DNA of 60,080 bases from an uncultured Oscillospiraceae bacterium (GCA_964614955.1 CAZTNR010000001.1:1-60080), one strand, 5' to 3'. Shown: positions 8,205 through 16,757, counted from the first letter of the stretch. Numbers and translations are program-made. The notes: a model not told the origin generated them from the sequence alone.

Positions 8205-8584
8205 TGAAGTTTTACGACAAAAAGAAAAGCAGCCGTCCTGCTGGCACAGAAACGACTGCAAAAAAGTGTGAAAACGAGAAGGATTCACACAAGGATTATA
8301 CCACAAGAGTAAAGGAAATGCAAGTGGTTGTTGCAATTTTTGCAATTATTATTTTGGTGGTCATTACGATTTTTACGGCAATTGATGTTTTCGCACAGGA
8401 AAATGTTGAATTCAGACCCGTAGAGCACAAGGTTACATACGGCGACACGCTATGGGATATTGCAAAAGAGTACAAGCCCGACAATATGACAATGGACAGG
8501 TATATGGCGTGGGTATATGAGCACAATGAGGGTGGTTATATTTATCCCGGTGACGTGGTTATTATGGCGGAGGTATCAAGGTGA
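8204..8584 (+). CDS. Membrane-anchored LysM-domain protein
   Basis: TM helix VVVAIFAIIILVVITIFTAI, then LysM-like HKVTYGDTLWDIAKEY...YIYPGDVVIM. Confidence 0.7.
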   Translation: MKFYDKKKSSRPAGTETTAKKCENEKDSHKDYTTRVKEMQVVVAIFAIIILVVITIFTAIDVFAQENVEFRPVEHKVTYGDTLWDIAKEYKPDNMTMDRYMAWVYEHNEGGYIYPGDVVIMAEVSR

Positions 8585-8585
8585 T

Positions 8586-8816
8586 ATGGGTGCCTTAAAG
8601 GAATTTGCACGTCGCTTTTGGTTTGCGAACAGCCGATGGAGCAGGGAAATATGTCCTTGTTGCGGTTACAGGTTTGAGATTGACGATGTGATTATCGGTG
8701 TAACAATCGGAGGCAAAACAGAGTATTTTCACGAAGACTGTCTTGACGAGCTTGACGGCAGGGAAATACTTGAATACTTCAAGGACGAAGTTGAAATCGA
8801 GGAGGTAGAATTTTAA
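8586..8816 (+). CDS. Hypothetical small Cys-containing protein
   Basis: The internal ATG (MGALKEF) lies just after the LysM gene stop. CPCCGY motif. Confidence 0.5.
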   Translation: MGALKEFARRFWFANSRWSREICPCCGYRFEIDDVIIGVTIGGKTEYFHEDCLDELDGREILEYFKDEVEIEEVEF

Positions 8817-9700
8817 TGGCAGGCAACAATCTTACTGCAGTAATAAAAAAACACGAGGAACTGGTATCTGCAAACCAGTTAAAAAAGAGATTTGAAGGAA
8901 TTCTGAAGGAAGAAGCGGGTGCTTATATGGCATCGGTGCTTAACATCATAAAATCAAACGAACAGCTTGCTATGTGCGAAGGAACATCTATATGGAACGC
9001 TTCGCTTTGTGCGGCTGCTATGAAGTTGCCTATCGAGGCGAACTTAGGCTATGCGTACATTATTCCATACAAGACAAAGGACAAGGATGCCGGCGGCAAT
9101 CAGATAAGCGTTGCACAGTTTCAGATGGGATACAAGGGTTACATACAACTGGCACTCAGAACCGGCGAGTACGTTATCATAAACGCAACAGACGTAAGAG
9201 AAGGCGAAATCAGGAAGCGTGACAGGCTTTCGGGCAAGATAACCTTTGACTGGATAGAGGACGAGACCGAAAGAAACACAAGAGAAATAGTAGGGTACGT
9301 ATCATACTTTGAACTTGTGAACGGTTTTTCTTCGACGTTATATATGACGGTTGAACAGCTACGGGAACACGCAAGAATGTACTCGGCGATGTATCAGGCA
9401 GACCTCAAATGGGGAAGCAAAAAGAGCAAGTGGTCAACCGAGGAAGGTTTTCCGCAGATGTGCTTAAAAACGGTGACAAAGCTCAACCTTTCAAAGAACG
9501 GTCCTCTCTCGGTTGAAATGCGTACCGCAATGAGATGCGACAATGCTGTGATAGGTGAAGACGGAAATCCCGAAAACTTCCCCGACAACGCTGTTGACGG
9601 CGAATTTGAAGAAGCAGACCTCAAGACCGAAGCGGACAAGCTGAATGAAGAGCTGAACAAGGAAGGTGCATTTGATGCCAAGGAAGAAAAAGCAAAGTGA
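8816..9700 (+). CDS. recT: RecT-family single-strand annealing recombinase
   Basis: 294 aa. LGYAYIIPY ... QFQMGYKGYIQLALRTGEY is typical of RecT. Confidence 0.85.
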   Translation: MAGNNLTAVIKKHEELVSANQLKKRFEGILKEEAGAYMASVLNIIKSNEQLAMCEGTSIWNASLCAAAMKLPIEANLGYAYIIPYKTKDKDAGGNQISVAQFQMGYKGYIQLALRTGEYVIINATDVREGEIRKRDRLSGKITFDWIEDETERNTREIVGYVSYFELVNGFSSTLYMTVEQLREHARMYSAMYQADLKWGSKKSKWSTEEGFPQMCLKTVTKLNLSKNGPLSVEMRTAMRCDNAVIGEDGNPENFPDNAVDGEFEEADLKTEADKLNEELNKEGAFDAKEEKAK

Positions 9701-10613
9701 TGAATTTGTCCTGACAAGGGACAACTATTATACACCCGAGGCAGATATGGCTTATATGTCGTGTTCGCAGTACGACAGCTGGCTTGAATGCGAAGCTGCG
9801 ACGGTTGCAAAGCTTCAGAGTCGTTACAAAGCAGAACCGACTGAGGCGTTCCTTGTGGGCAACTATGTACACACATATCTTGAAGGTGAAAAGGCACATG
9901 CAGAGTTTCTTGAAGAAAACGCCGACAGCATTTTCAAGTCAAAGATAGACAAAAAGACAGGCGACGTTATCATTACGGGAAAATATGCTCCTTTCGAAAA
10001 GGCTGACAGGATGCTTGAGGCTCTTTACAGACAGCCTGTTATAAGGCGTTACATTGAGGCTGACGGCAAAAACGAAGTGATTATGCACGGCGAAATCTTT
10101 GGTGTGCCGTGGAGAATACGTCTTGACAAGCTGATTCTCAAAGAAAACACGATTATAGACTACAAGACGGTTGCGGATATGCACAAGACAGAGTACAACT
10201 CCAAAACAGGGCAGAGAGAAAGCTTTGTGGAGCTTTACGGATATACGCGAAGAGGCGCTGTATACACAGAGGTATACAAGCAGTTTACAGGCAAAGAGGT
10301 TGACCCGTATTTCCTTCTTCTTTGTGTATCGAAGCAGGACATCCCCGACACGGATGCGTTGATGCTCAATCACAGGGAACGGTACGACTTCGAACTTGAA
10401 GAAGTCAAAAAGCGTCTTGGCAGAATAATCAGAATTAAGAACGGCGAAATCAAGCCTTTAAGATGTGGAAAATGCGAATACTGCCGTTCTACGAAGGTTA
10501 TACGTCGCATTCGTCCGTACTGGGAGTTGACACCGGGATTTGAAGGAGAAAAGGAAGAGGATGAATATTTCTTTACAAAGCTGCCGGCTCAAGCACAAGT
10601 ACAGAGGCAATGA
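9675..10613 (+). CDS. PD-(D/E)XK-family exonuclease, RecT partner (RecE/YqaJ functional analogue)
   Basis: RIRLDKL...IIDYKT (D...D/ExK) and a C-terminal CGKCEYC. The gene overlaps the recT 3' end. Confidence 0.7.
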   Translation: MPRKKKQSDEFVLTRDNYYTPEADMAYMSCSQYDSWLECEAATVAKLQSRYKAEPTEAFLVGNYVHTYLEGEKAHAEFLEENADSIFKSKIDKKTGDVIITGKYAPFEKADRMLEALYRQPVIRRYIEADGKNEVIMHGEIFGVPWRIRLDKLILKENTIIDYKTVADMHKTEYNSKTGQRESFVELYGYTRRGAVYTEVYKQFTGKEVDPYFLLLCVSKQDIPDTDALMLNHRERYDFELEEVKKRLGRIIRIKNGEIKPLRCGKCEYCRSTKVIRRIRPYWELTPGFEGEKEEDEYFFTKLPAQAQVQRQ

Positions 10614-10899
10614 AGACTATTGCACACTTTGCGGCGAAAGTCTCAAGTGGATAAAAAACAAACAGGAGGACTTTTGGGTACCGGTGGATGCAAAGCCTGT
10701 GATGTATGAGCCGGACATTAACGGCAGATACGTCATATACGACAGGTTTCACAGGAAAGTCCCTTTTGCAAAGGTCTTCGGCAAAGGCGGGGCGATTCTC
10801 AAAAAGCCTGTTCAGGGTCACATCCCGCACTATTTTACCTGTCCCGTTCTTATTGAAAGACGGCGTGACTATTACACAGCAAAGGCGGCGAGGCAATGA
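10561..10899 (+). CDS. Hypothetical protein
   Basis: Contains a CTLCG motif. No family recognised. Confidence 0.5.
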   Translation: MNISLQSCRLKHKYRGNEDYCTLCGESLKWIKNKQEDFWVPVDAKPVMYEPDINGRYVIYDRFHRKVPFAKVFGKGGAILKKPVQGHIPHYFTCPVLIERRRDYYTAKAARQ

Positions 10900-11600
10900 T
10901 ACTTGACGGATACATTACAGACATTGCCGACAGGTATATTGTAATCAAAGTACCGGCAGACGTTGCGTACATACTCGACAAGAAGGTCGGTCGGTGCGAC
11001 GTAATACTTCGTGACGGCAGGACAATAACAAGGCTACAGCAGAAAAAGGCATATGCTCTGATGCGTGACATAAGTGTTTGGTCAGGGCATACGCCTGACG
11101 AAATAAAGGAGCTCGCAAAGTACGATTTTCTATCGAAGGTCGGCGGTGATATGTTCAGTCTTTCGGACTGTTCTGTGACGTTGGCAAGGGAATTTATAGA
11201 CTATCTTGTGGAGTTTTGTCTGATACACGACGTGCCGTGTCTTGACAGTCTCCTGGAGCTTTGCGAGGACATAAAGCGGTATTTATATCTTTGTCTTATA
11301 CACAAGCGGTGTTGCATATGCGGTAAGAAAACACAGCTGCATCACGTTGATACGGTTGGTATGGGATACGACAGAAATGAGATTCCGCACATAGGAAAGA
11401 AAGCTGAGGCATTATGCTGGAAGCACCACAGAGAGTGTCACGACATGGGGCAGAAGGACTTTGATGAAAGGTATCATGTATTTGGTATCGAGATTGACGA
11501 GGTTGTGGCGGAGAAGTACAGGCTTAAAAAAGGTAGAACATTTACGCCCTCGGCAAGTTACAGGCAAGTTAAAAATATCATGAACACAGGCAATTTGTGA
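10896..11600 (+). CDS. Cys/His-rich HNH-like nuclease-family protein
   Basis: CCICGKKTQLHHVDTVGMGYDRNE...CWKHHRECH. Confidence 0.55.
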   Translation: MILDGYITDIADRYIVIKVPADVAYILDKKVGRCDVILRDGRTITRLQQKKAYALMRDISVWSGHTPDEIKELAKYDFLSKVGGDMFSLSDCSVTLAREFIDYLVEFCLIHDVPCLDSLLELCEDIKRYLYLCLIHKRCCICGKKTQLHHVDTVGMGYDRNEIPHIGKKAEALCWKHHRECHDMGQKDFDERYHVFGIEIDEVVAEKYRLKKGRTFTPSASYRQVKNIMNTGNL

Positions 11601-11651
11601 CCGATATTTGTGTCGGCGGCAAGTTACGGGCAAGTTAAAGGAAAAAATACG

Positions 11652-11891
11652 ATGCGAAACAAACTATCAGATTTAAACAACATACTTTTCGAAAGCATCG
11701 AGCGTCTTAACGACGACGAGCTTACGGCAGAAGAGCTTGACAAGGAAATCAAAAAAAGCGATGCCATACAGAAGGTTGCAAGAACAATTATAGACAACGC
11801 TTCTCTTGCCCTTCAGGCGCAGAAGCATTTTGATGAATACGGAATAGACAGAAAGGTTGAAATACCTCTTTTAGGTATGACTGACAAATGA
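11652..11891 (+). CDS. Hypothetical protein
   Basis: Start taken at the internal ATG (MRNKLSDL), which has an aaagga RBS. Confidence 0.5.
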   Translation: MRNKLSDLNNILFESIERLNDDELTAEELDKEIKKSDAIQKVARTIIDNASLALQAQKHFDEYGIDRKVEIPLLGMTDK

Positions 11892-11962
11892 CTGAGGAAA
11901 GAAAACGAAGAGCTAAGAGCTACGATCAAGAACCTTCAAGAGAGGATAATTAAGTTTGAACA

Positions 11963-12595
11963 ATGGGGATAGGACACAAATATACAGACGAAGAACGTGC
12001 CTTCATCCGTGAGTTTTATTGCGCCGGGCACACTTATGTCGAAACCGTAGCAGCATACAACGAAAGGTTTGACGAGCATATGACCGTCGGCAGATTGAAG
12101 AGTTATGTTAACAATCACAATCTTTTAAACGGCAGAACCGGAAAATTTGAGAAGGGTCACGTACCTTTCAACAAGGGAAAGCACACACCTTCGGTCGGAA
12201 GAACAATAGAAACGCAATTCAAAGCAGGGCATATGCCGCATAACACAAAGCCTATAGGATATGAAAGGATATCAAAAGACGGGTTTATCGAAGTAAAGGT
12301 CCGTGAAAAACCTGAAAACGGAAGAAGGCGCTTCGAATTTAAGCACCGTCTGATATGGGAACAAGCTCACGGGGAAATCCCGAAGGGATATGTTATAACT
12401 TTTCTTGACGGAAATCCGCAAAACTGTGTGCTTGAAAACCTTGCAATAATATCACGAGCCGAAAATCTACAGCTACTAAGGGCCGGGCTCAGAAAAGAAA
12501 ATCCACGTCTTACGGAAACAGGAATTCTCATAGCAAGGGCATATGTCACGGCAAAGCAAAAGAGCAAAAAGGAGAAACGGAATAGTGGGACTTAA
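11963..12595 (+). CDS. HNH homing-type endonuclease
   Basis: FLDGNPQNCVLENLAIISRAEN is the HNH_3-type motif. Confidence 0.75.
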   Translation: MGIGHKYTDEERAFIREFYCAGHTYVETVAAYNERFDEHMTVGRLKSYVNNHNLLNGRTGKFEKGHVPFNKGKHTPSVGRTIETQFKAGHMPHNTKPIGYERISKDGFIEVKVREKPENGRRRFEFKHRLIWEQAHGEIPKGYVITFLDGNPQNCVLENLAIISRAENLQLLRAGLRKENPRLTETGILIARAYVTAKQKSKKEKRNSGT

Positions 12596-13055
12596 CAAAG
12601 TAATTTTAATGGGGAATTTGACAAAAGACCCCGAGTTAAAGGTAACACCTTCGGGTGTAAGTGTTACAACATTTTCTATAGCGGTAGGTCGCAGATTTGC
12701 AAAGCAGGGCGACGAAGTAACAGCGGACTTTTTCAACGTCGTAGCGTGGCGTAATACGGCTGAATTTGTGGCAAACTTTTTCGGCAAGGGCAAACCTATT
12801 GTGGTTGTCGGAAGTCTTCAGAACCGTTCCTGGACTGACCAGAACGGGCAGAAACATTACATAACCGAGGTTATTGCCGACGAGTGTTATTTCGCAGGCT
12901 CAAAGAATGACGGCGAAGCAGTTGCACCGACAGCGAATGCGGCATCGATACCGAGTGCTGTTACGGGAAATCAAAGCGGCACGGTACAGGGTGCAATAAA
13001 CGAAATGGCAAGCAACTTTGAAGTGCTTGATACGGATGAGGATTTGCCGTTCTGA
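12585..13055 (+). CDS. ssb: Single-stranded DNA-binding protein
   Basis: GTG start after aaaggag. LNKVILMGNLTKDPEL OB-fold N-terminus and acidic tail DEDLPF. Confidence 0.9.
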   Translation: MGLNKVILMGNLTKDPELKVTPSGVSVTTFSIAVGRRFAKQGDEVTADFFNVVAWRNTAEFVANFFGKGKPIVVVGSLQNRSWTDQNGQKHYITEVIADECYFAGSKNDGEAVAPTANAASIPSAVTGNQSGTVQGAINEMASNFEVLDTDEDLPF

Positions 13056-13072
13056 TGAAGAAGGACAAACGT

Positions 13073-13150
13073 AGGGGCGACCTTGGGTCGTCCGAACACC
13101 CTCATCCGTCAGCTACGCTGACACCTTCCCCCTCAAGCGGGGAAGGGTTA
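13073..13150. repeat. Palindromic repeat element, copy A
   Basis: 62 nt (13073-13134) are identical to 14274-14335. It contains three hairpins: ggcgacc/ggtcgtc, gtcagc/gctgac, ccttcccc/ggggaagg. Confidence 0.85.
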
Positions 13151-13165
13151 AAGGGTGCAATCAGA

Positions 13166-13516
13166 ATGGTAATACAGCTTCCCCCGGTGACGAAGAAGAA
13201 CAGTCAGAGAATTGTTTACCGGGGAAGGCACCCGATTATTCTGCCGTCCGAGAAGTATGAACAATATGAGAGTAATGCGGGGTGGTTTATAAAGCCTTTA
13301 GGTATAGACTATCCCGTGAACATAAGGTGTTTATACTACATGGCAACAAAACGCATTGTAGACCTTGTAAACCTACAGGAAGCAACGCTTGATGTACTTG
13401 TGAAGTACGGGGCTATAAAGGACGACAACAGCAGAATTGTTGTCAGTATGGACGGCAGCAGGGTTCTTTACGACAAGGAGAATCCGAGGACGGAAATTTA
13501 CATAGAAAGAGTGTAA
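13166..13516 (+). CDS. rusA: RusA-family Holliday junction resolvase
   Basis: LPPVTKKNSQR ... DLVNLQEATLDVLVKYGAIKDDNSRIV. The start is set at the internal ATG because the upstream part of the ORF is repeat element A. Confidence 0.7.
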   Translation: MVIQLPPVTKKNSQRIVYRGRHPIILPSEKYEQYESNAGWFIKPLGIDYPVNIRCLYYMATKRIVDLVNLQEATLDVLVKYGAIKDDNSRIVVSMDGSRVLYDKENPRTEIYIERV

Positions 13517-13520
13517 AAAA

Positions 13521-14354
13521 ATGGCAAAGCCAAGCAGTTTTATAAAGCTGAACAGAAACATCTTAAACTGGCGATGGTATCAAGATGCGAATGTTTCTCG
13601 TGTGTTTTTGCACATATTATTGAACGCAAATTATGAGGAAAGCGACTATCAGAATGTACATATTGAGCGTGGAGAATGGGCGGTAACTTTAGGTACTTTT
13701 GAAAAAGACTTAAAACTCACAAAGCAACAAGTTCGTACCGCATTAGACAAGCTGGAGTTAACAGGCGAAATAACACGCAAAAAACACAATAAATTTCTTG
13801 TAATTACGGTGGTTTGCTATGACTTGTATCAAGGCACAACAACACAGAAAACAACACACAATCAACACGCAAATAACACGCAAATAACACGCAAACAACA
13901 CCATCAAAAGAAAGAAATAAAGAAAGAAATAAAGAAAGAATATAATAATTCTAACGAATTATTTCCGCAGAGCGATTTTACAAATCTCCCTGCGCTGCCG
14001 CTGATTGACGGCACAGAGTACGCCGTTTCGGCTTCTGAGGTTGAGAATTACAAGGCGTTATATCCTGCGGTGGATGTTGAACAGCAAGTCAGAGCGATGT
14101 GCGGTTGGCTTGATGCTAACCCGAAGAACAGAAAGACAAGAGCAGGCATCAAGCGGTTTATCAACTCTTGGCTATCGAAGGAGCAGAACAGAGCACCGCG
14201 AGCAAGAGACGGCACCGTTCCCGACAGCGGTGAAACGCTTGAGGAATTGATTGAGAAATACAGGACGAGCAGCAGGGGCGACCTTGGGTCGTCCGAACAC
14301 CCTCATCCGTCAGCTACGCTGACACCTTCCCCCTCTGAAGAAGGGAAGGCTTAG
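13521..14354 (+). CDS. Phage replisome organiser / DnaD-like replication initiation protein
   Basis: The N-terminus is winged-helix-like (FIKLNRNILNWRWY...). The C-terminus reads CGWLDANPKNRKTRAGIKRFINSWL. The last ~25 codons read through repeat element B. Confidence 0.65.
   Translation: MAKPSSFIKLNRNILNWRWYQDANVSRVFLHILLNANYEESDYQNVHIERGEWAVTLGTFEKDLKLTKQQVRTALDKLELTGEITRKKHNKFLVITVVCYDLYQGTTTQKTTHNQHANNTQITRKQHHQKKEIKKEIKKEYNNSNELFPQSDFTNLPALPLIDGTEYAVSASEVENYKALYPAVDVEQQVRAMCGWLDANPKNRKTRAGIKRFINSWLSKEQNRAPRARDGTVPDSGETLEELIEKYRTSSRGDLGSSEHPHPSATLTPSPSEEGKA
13864..13945. repeat. Iteron-like direct repeats plus an A-rich tract inside the replication gene (candidate ori)
   Basis: 3 x 11 bp aacacgcaaa(t/c) at 13864-13896, then about 3 x 12 bp agaaagaaataa running into tataataatt. 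Confidence 0.5.
14274..14350. repeat. Palindromic repeat element, copy B
   Basis: See copy A. The terminal hairpin is ccttccc/gggaagg. Confidence 0.85.
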
Positions 14355-14379
14355 AGAACGATGAAACAGAGGTGAAAAT

Positions 14380-14910
14380 ATGATTACAGAGGTTTTTAAC
14401 GGATTTTGGCGAAGGCTTGAAGGCTTTTACGGCAAGAAGGACCAGTACCAGGATTTTCAAAAAAAGGCAGAGTGGGCTTTACGCAATGTGCCCACCGTTG
14501 ATGCCGAGAAGGTATACGACTACATAGTTTTCAACTACGAGTTTTTCCCGAAGCTTCCTGAGTTCAGGAACATTGCCTCAAAGTTTGAGGTTATCAAAGA
14601 AGCTGCGATATCTGACGAAAGGTGTGTATACTGTCTCGGTTCCGGTCTTATCAGATACACGAGAAAGGTCAAGGGGCTCTCTTACGATCCCGAATACTTT
14701 GCGGCGTGTATGTGTTCAAACGGCAGAAGATACAGAGGAAATCTTATAAAGGGCATCGAGGACGTATACGGTGCAAGGACAAGCGACGTTCTCAAGCAGC
14801 TTGAAGAAAGAAATGCACCGAGAAAGAGTGTGTCTGAGCTACAGGCGGATTTTATTCGGGGTATGGAGATTATGGGTATGAGAAGTCAGGGTTTTAAGAA
14901 GCAGGCGTGA
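14380..14910 (+). CDS. Hypothetical protein (Cys-containing)
   Basis: 176 aa. CVYCLGSG ... CMCSNG. Confidence 0.6.
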   Translation: MITEVFNGFWRRLEGFYGKKDQYQDFQKKAEWALRNVPTVDAEKVYDYIVFNYEFFPKLPEFRNIASKFEVIKEAAISDERCVYCLGSGLIRYTRKVKGLSYDPEYFAACMCSNGRRYRGNLIKGIEDVYGARTSDVLKQLEERNAPRKSVSELQADFIRGMEIMGMRSQGFKKQA

Positions 14911-14928
14911 TGTGAAAGGAAAAAGGGA

Positions 14929-15402
14929 ATGACAGATAACGAGATTATAAAGGCTTTGAAGTGTTGCAAAGATTTGAAGTGTTCGGAATGTCCGAAGAAA
15001 GGAAATTTATTCGTGACCGACTGCGATGTAAAGTTGTGTGATGAAGTGCTTGAACTCATCAAACGGCAACAGGCGGAGATTGAGGAGTTAAAGGCTAAAA
15101 ACGAAAAAATATATAAGGCGTGGAGTGAGGATTTACAGGACAAGATTAAATTCATCCACGAGCAAAACGAACAGCTTGACGATTTAAGGCTTGAAAAGTA
15201 CGGCATTAAGGCTATCAACAAGGCTGTACCAACGACAAGGGCCGTTAAAAGGTACATTGAACTCAAAGCATACAAAGAGTTTGCCGAGAGGTTGAAAGAA
15301 AAGAGTGTATTTCTTGAAGACGGTGAACGGTATATCGGGGATGCTGTGAAAGCGAAAGACATCGACAACCTTGTAAAAGAAATGACGGAGGGAAGCAAAT
15401 GA
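14929..15402 (+). CDS. Hypothetical coiled-coil protein with an N-terminal Cys cluster
   Basis: 157 aa. CCKDLKCSECP, followed by heptad-like E/K-rich sequence. Confidence 0.6.
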   Translation: MTDNEIIKALKCCKDLKCSECPKKGNLFVTDCDVKLCDEVLELIKRQQAEIEELKAKNEKIYKAWSEDLQDKIKFIHEQNEQLDDLRLEKYGIKAINKAVPTTRAVKRYIELKAYKEFAERLKEKSVFLEDGERYIGDAVKAKDIDNLVKEMTEGSK

Positions 15403-15529
15403 CGACATCAACGGTAGTATTGATAACATTATTGTGTGTTCTTATAGCAATGAATATATATGAGTTTGTACACCTTTCCATTTGGGAAGCAAAACAACGC
15501 TCGAAACACAAGAACGGAGGTAAAAGACG

Positions 15530-15904
15530 ATGAGTAAGGAAAGATTGGTTGAGCTTATAGACCAGTGTACTATTGACAACGATATGCCGAGTTCGGAACA
15601 GATTGCCGACTACCTTCTTGCAAACGGGGTTATTGTGCCGCCTTGTAAGGTGGGAGATAAGGTTTATCACATACATGGTTTGAGTATAAAAGAAGGCATA
15701 GTAGAAAGTATTCATCAAAACCTTGTTGGTACAGAACAAGGGCGGTGGATTGTTACAGCTTGGTTTGACGATTATTATGCAAATTCACATAAAGCAGGCT
15801 TTGAGTGCGGAACACAGTTGTTTTTGCCGTTTGACTGTTTCGGGAAAGTAGTATTCCTCACAAGAGAAGAAGCAGAAGCGAAGTTGAAGGAGAGTGCGGA
15901 ATAA
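15530..15904 (+). CDS. Hypothetical protein
   Basis: 124 aa. RBS ggaggtaaaag upstream. Confidence 0.6.
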   Translation: MSKERLVELIDQCTIDNDMPSSEQIADYLLANGVIVPPCKVGDKVYHIHGLSIKEGIVESIHQNLVGTEQGRWIVTAWFDDYYANSHKAGFECGTQLFLPFDCFGKVVFLTREEAEAKLKESAE

Positions 15905-16125
15905 TGTCACAGAAAATTGAAGTCGTTTGCAATCGATGCGGTAAAAAAATAATCAATCCCACAGGTTGTTATTGCCCCACTTATGCATTAAAAGATTATT
16001 CGGCAAAAATCACTCTTTGGCCGATTGGAGAGCCAAGAAGCAGTTTTGGACAACGAATTGATTTATGCCCTAAATGTTATCAAGACTTTGTGGATTTTTT
16101 AGAAGGAGGCGAAAAAGTTGATTAA
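15904..16125 (+). CDS. Small zinc-ribbon protein
   Basis: CNRCGK ... CPKC. Confidence 0.6.
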   Translation: MSQKIEVVCNRCGKKIINPTGCYCPTYALKDYSAKITLWPIGEPRSSFGQRIDLCPKCYQDFVDFLEGGEKVD

Positions 16126-16342
16126 ATATTATTATTTCATTCTCAAGTGGCTTTGGAAGAATCGTCATTGGAAGAACACCCGACAGAAACAAAAGGCTTT
16201 ACTAAAGACCTGCGACGAGTATATGAAAGGCGGTAGAATAAACGATGAGGTACAAGAGACGAAGTGTACTCGATGCAAGACCTATACTTGCCGAGGCGAT
16301 AAAAGGCAACATTACAAATGTACGAAAAGCGGTTATGGCTAA
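16118..16342 (+). CDS. Hypothetical basic protein (TTG start); 3' extent uncertain
   Basis: AGGAGG lies 8 nt upstream of the TTG. The ORF overlaps the next ORF by ~100 nt. Confidence 0.35.
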   Translation: MIKYYYFILKWLWKNRHWKNTRQKQKALLKTCDEYMKGGRINDEVQETKCTRCKTYTCRGDKRQHYKCTKSGYG

Positions 16343-16430
16343 CTACATCTCAAAAGAAGCGGAATTCTTACAAAAGGTATCGGAAATGGAGGCAGATAGG
16401 GGAATTGTTCAAGAAACGCAGGGGCATTAA
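16245..16430 (+). CDS. Hypothetical protein; may be the N-terminal part of the downstream regulator-like ORF
   Basis: 61 aa. It overlaps 16318-16686 by 113 nt in the adjacent reading frame. Confidence 0.35.
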   Translation: MRYKRRSVLDARPILAEAIKGNITNVRKAVMANYISKEAEFLQKVSEMEADRGIVQETQGH

Positions 16431-16686
16431 GCTTTCATACAACAAGCAAGGGCTTATATACTTTATTTGCATGAACATAAAAGAATTACCCGCAGAGGTT
16501 CAGGACAAGGTGTTGAATCTCTGCCTTGCTATTGCCGGAGAAGACTATCAGGCTCTTTACGAGGTATTGACCTGCGACTACAGAACGGTTGAAGCTATTG
16601 CAAGGAAGCATTACATAAGCGAGAAGAAGCTATATGGGTACAGGAAAGAGTTTTATGAGAAATTCTCTTGGAATTTCTCAAGTTAG
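16318..16686 (+). CDS. Putative late-gene transcriptional regulator (sigma region-4 / ArpU-RinA-like position and tail)
   Basis: The C-terminal sequence TVEAIARKHYISEKKLYGYRKEFYEKF is HTH-like. This is the last plus-strand gene before the packaging region. Confidence 0.4.
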   Translation: MYEKRLWLTTSQKKRNSYKRYRKWRQIGELFKKRRGIKLSYNKQGLIYFICMNIKELPAEVQDKVLNLCLAIAGEDYQALYEVLTCDYRTVEAIARKHYISEKKLYGYRKEFYEKFSWNFSS

Positions 16687-16757
16687 GAGTTAGGAGTTAG
16701 GAGTTACACCTCATCCGTCACCTGCGGTGACACCTTCCCCTCTGAAGAAGGGAAGGC
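16681..16757. repeat. Palindromic repeat element, copy C, preceded by a 7-bp microsatellite
   Basis: (agttagg) x 3.7 at 16681-16706, then cacctcatccgtca, hairpin gtcacc/ggtgac and hairpin ccttccc/gggaagg. Confidence 0.8.

Noticed and set aside
13055-13165. N-terminal 37 codons of ORF 13055-13516 (MKKDKRRGDLGSSEHPHPSATLTPSPS…)
   Set aside because: This stretch is the translation of palindromic repeat element A. The same peptide appears wherever the element is read through. RusA homology begins at the internal Met (13166).
14886-15739. Minus-strand ORFs 14886-15398 (170 aa) and 15263-15739 (158 aa)
   Set aside because: They are antisense to well-formed plus-strand genes in an otherwise strictly rightward operon. 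They are Ser/Leu/Phe-rich shadow-frame products.
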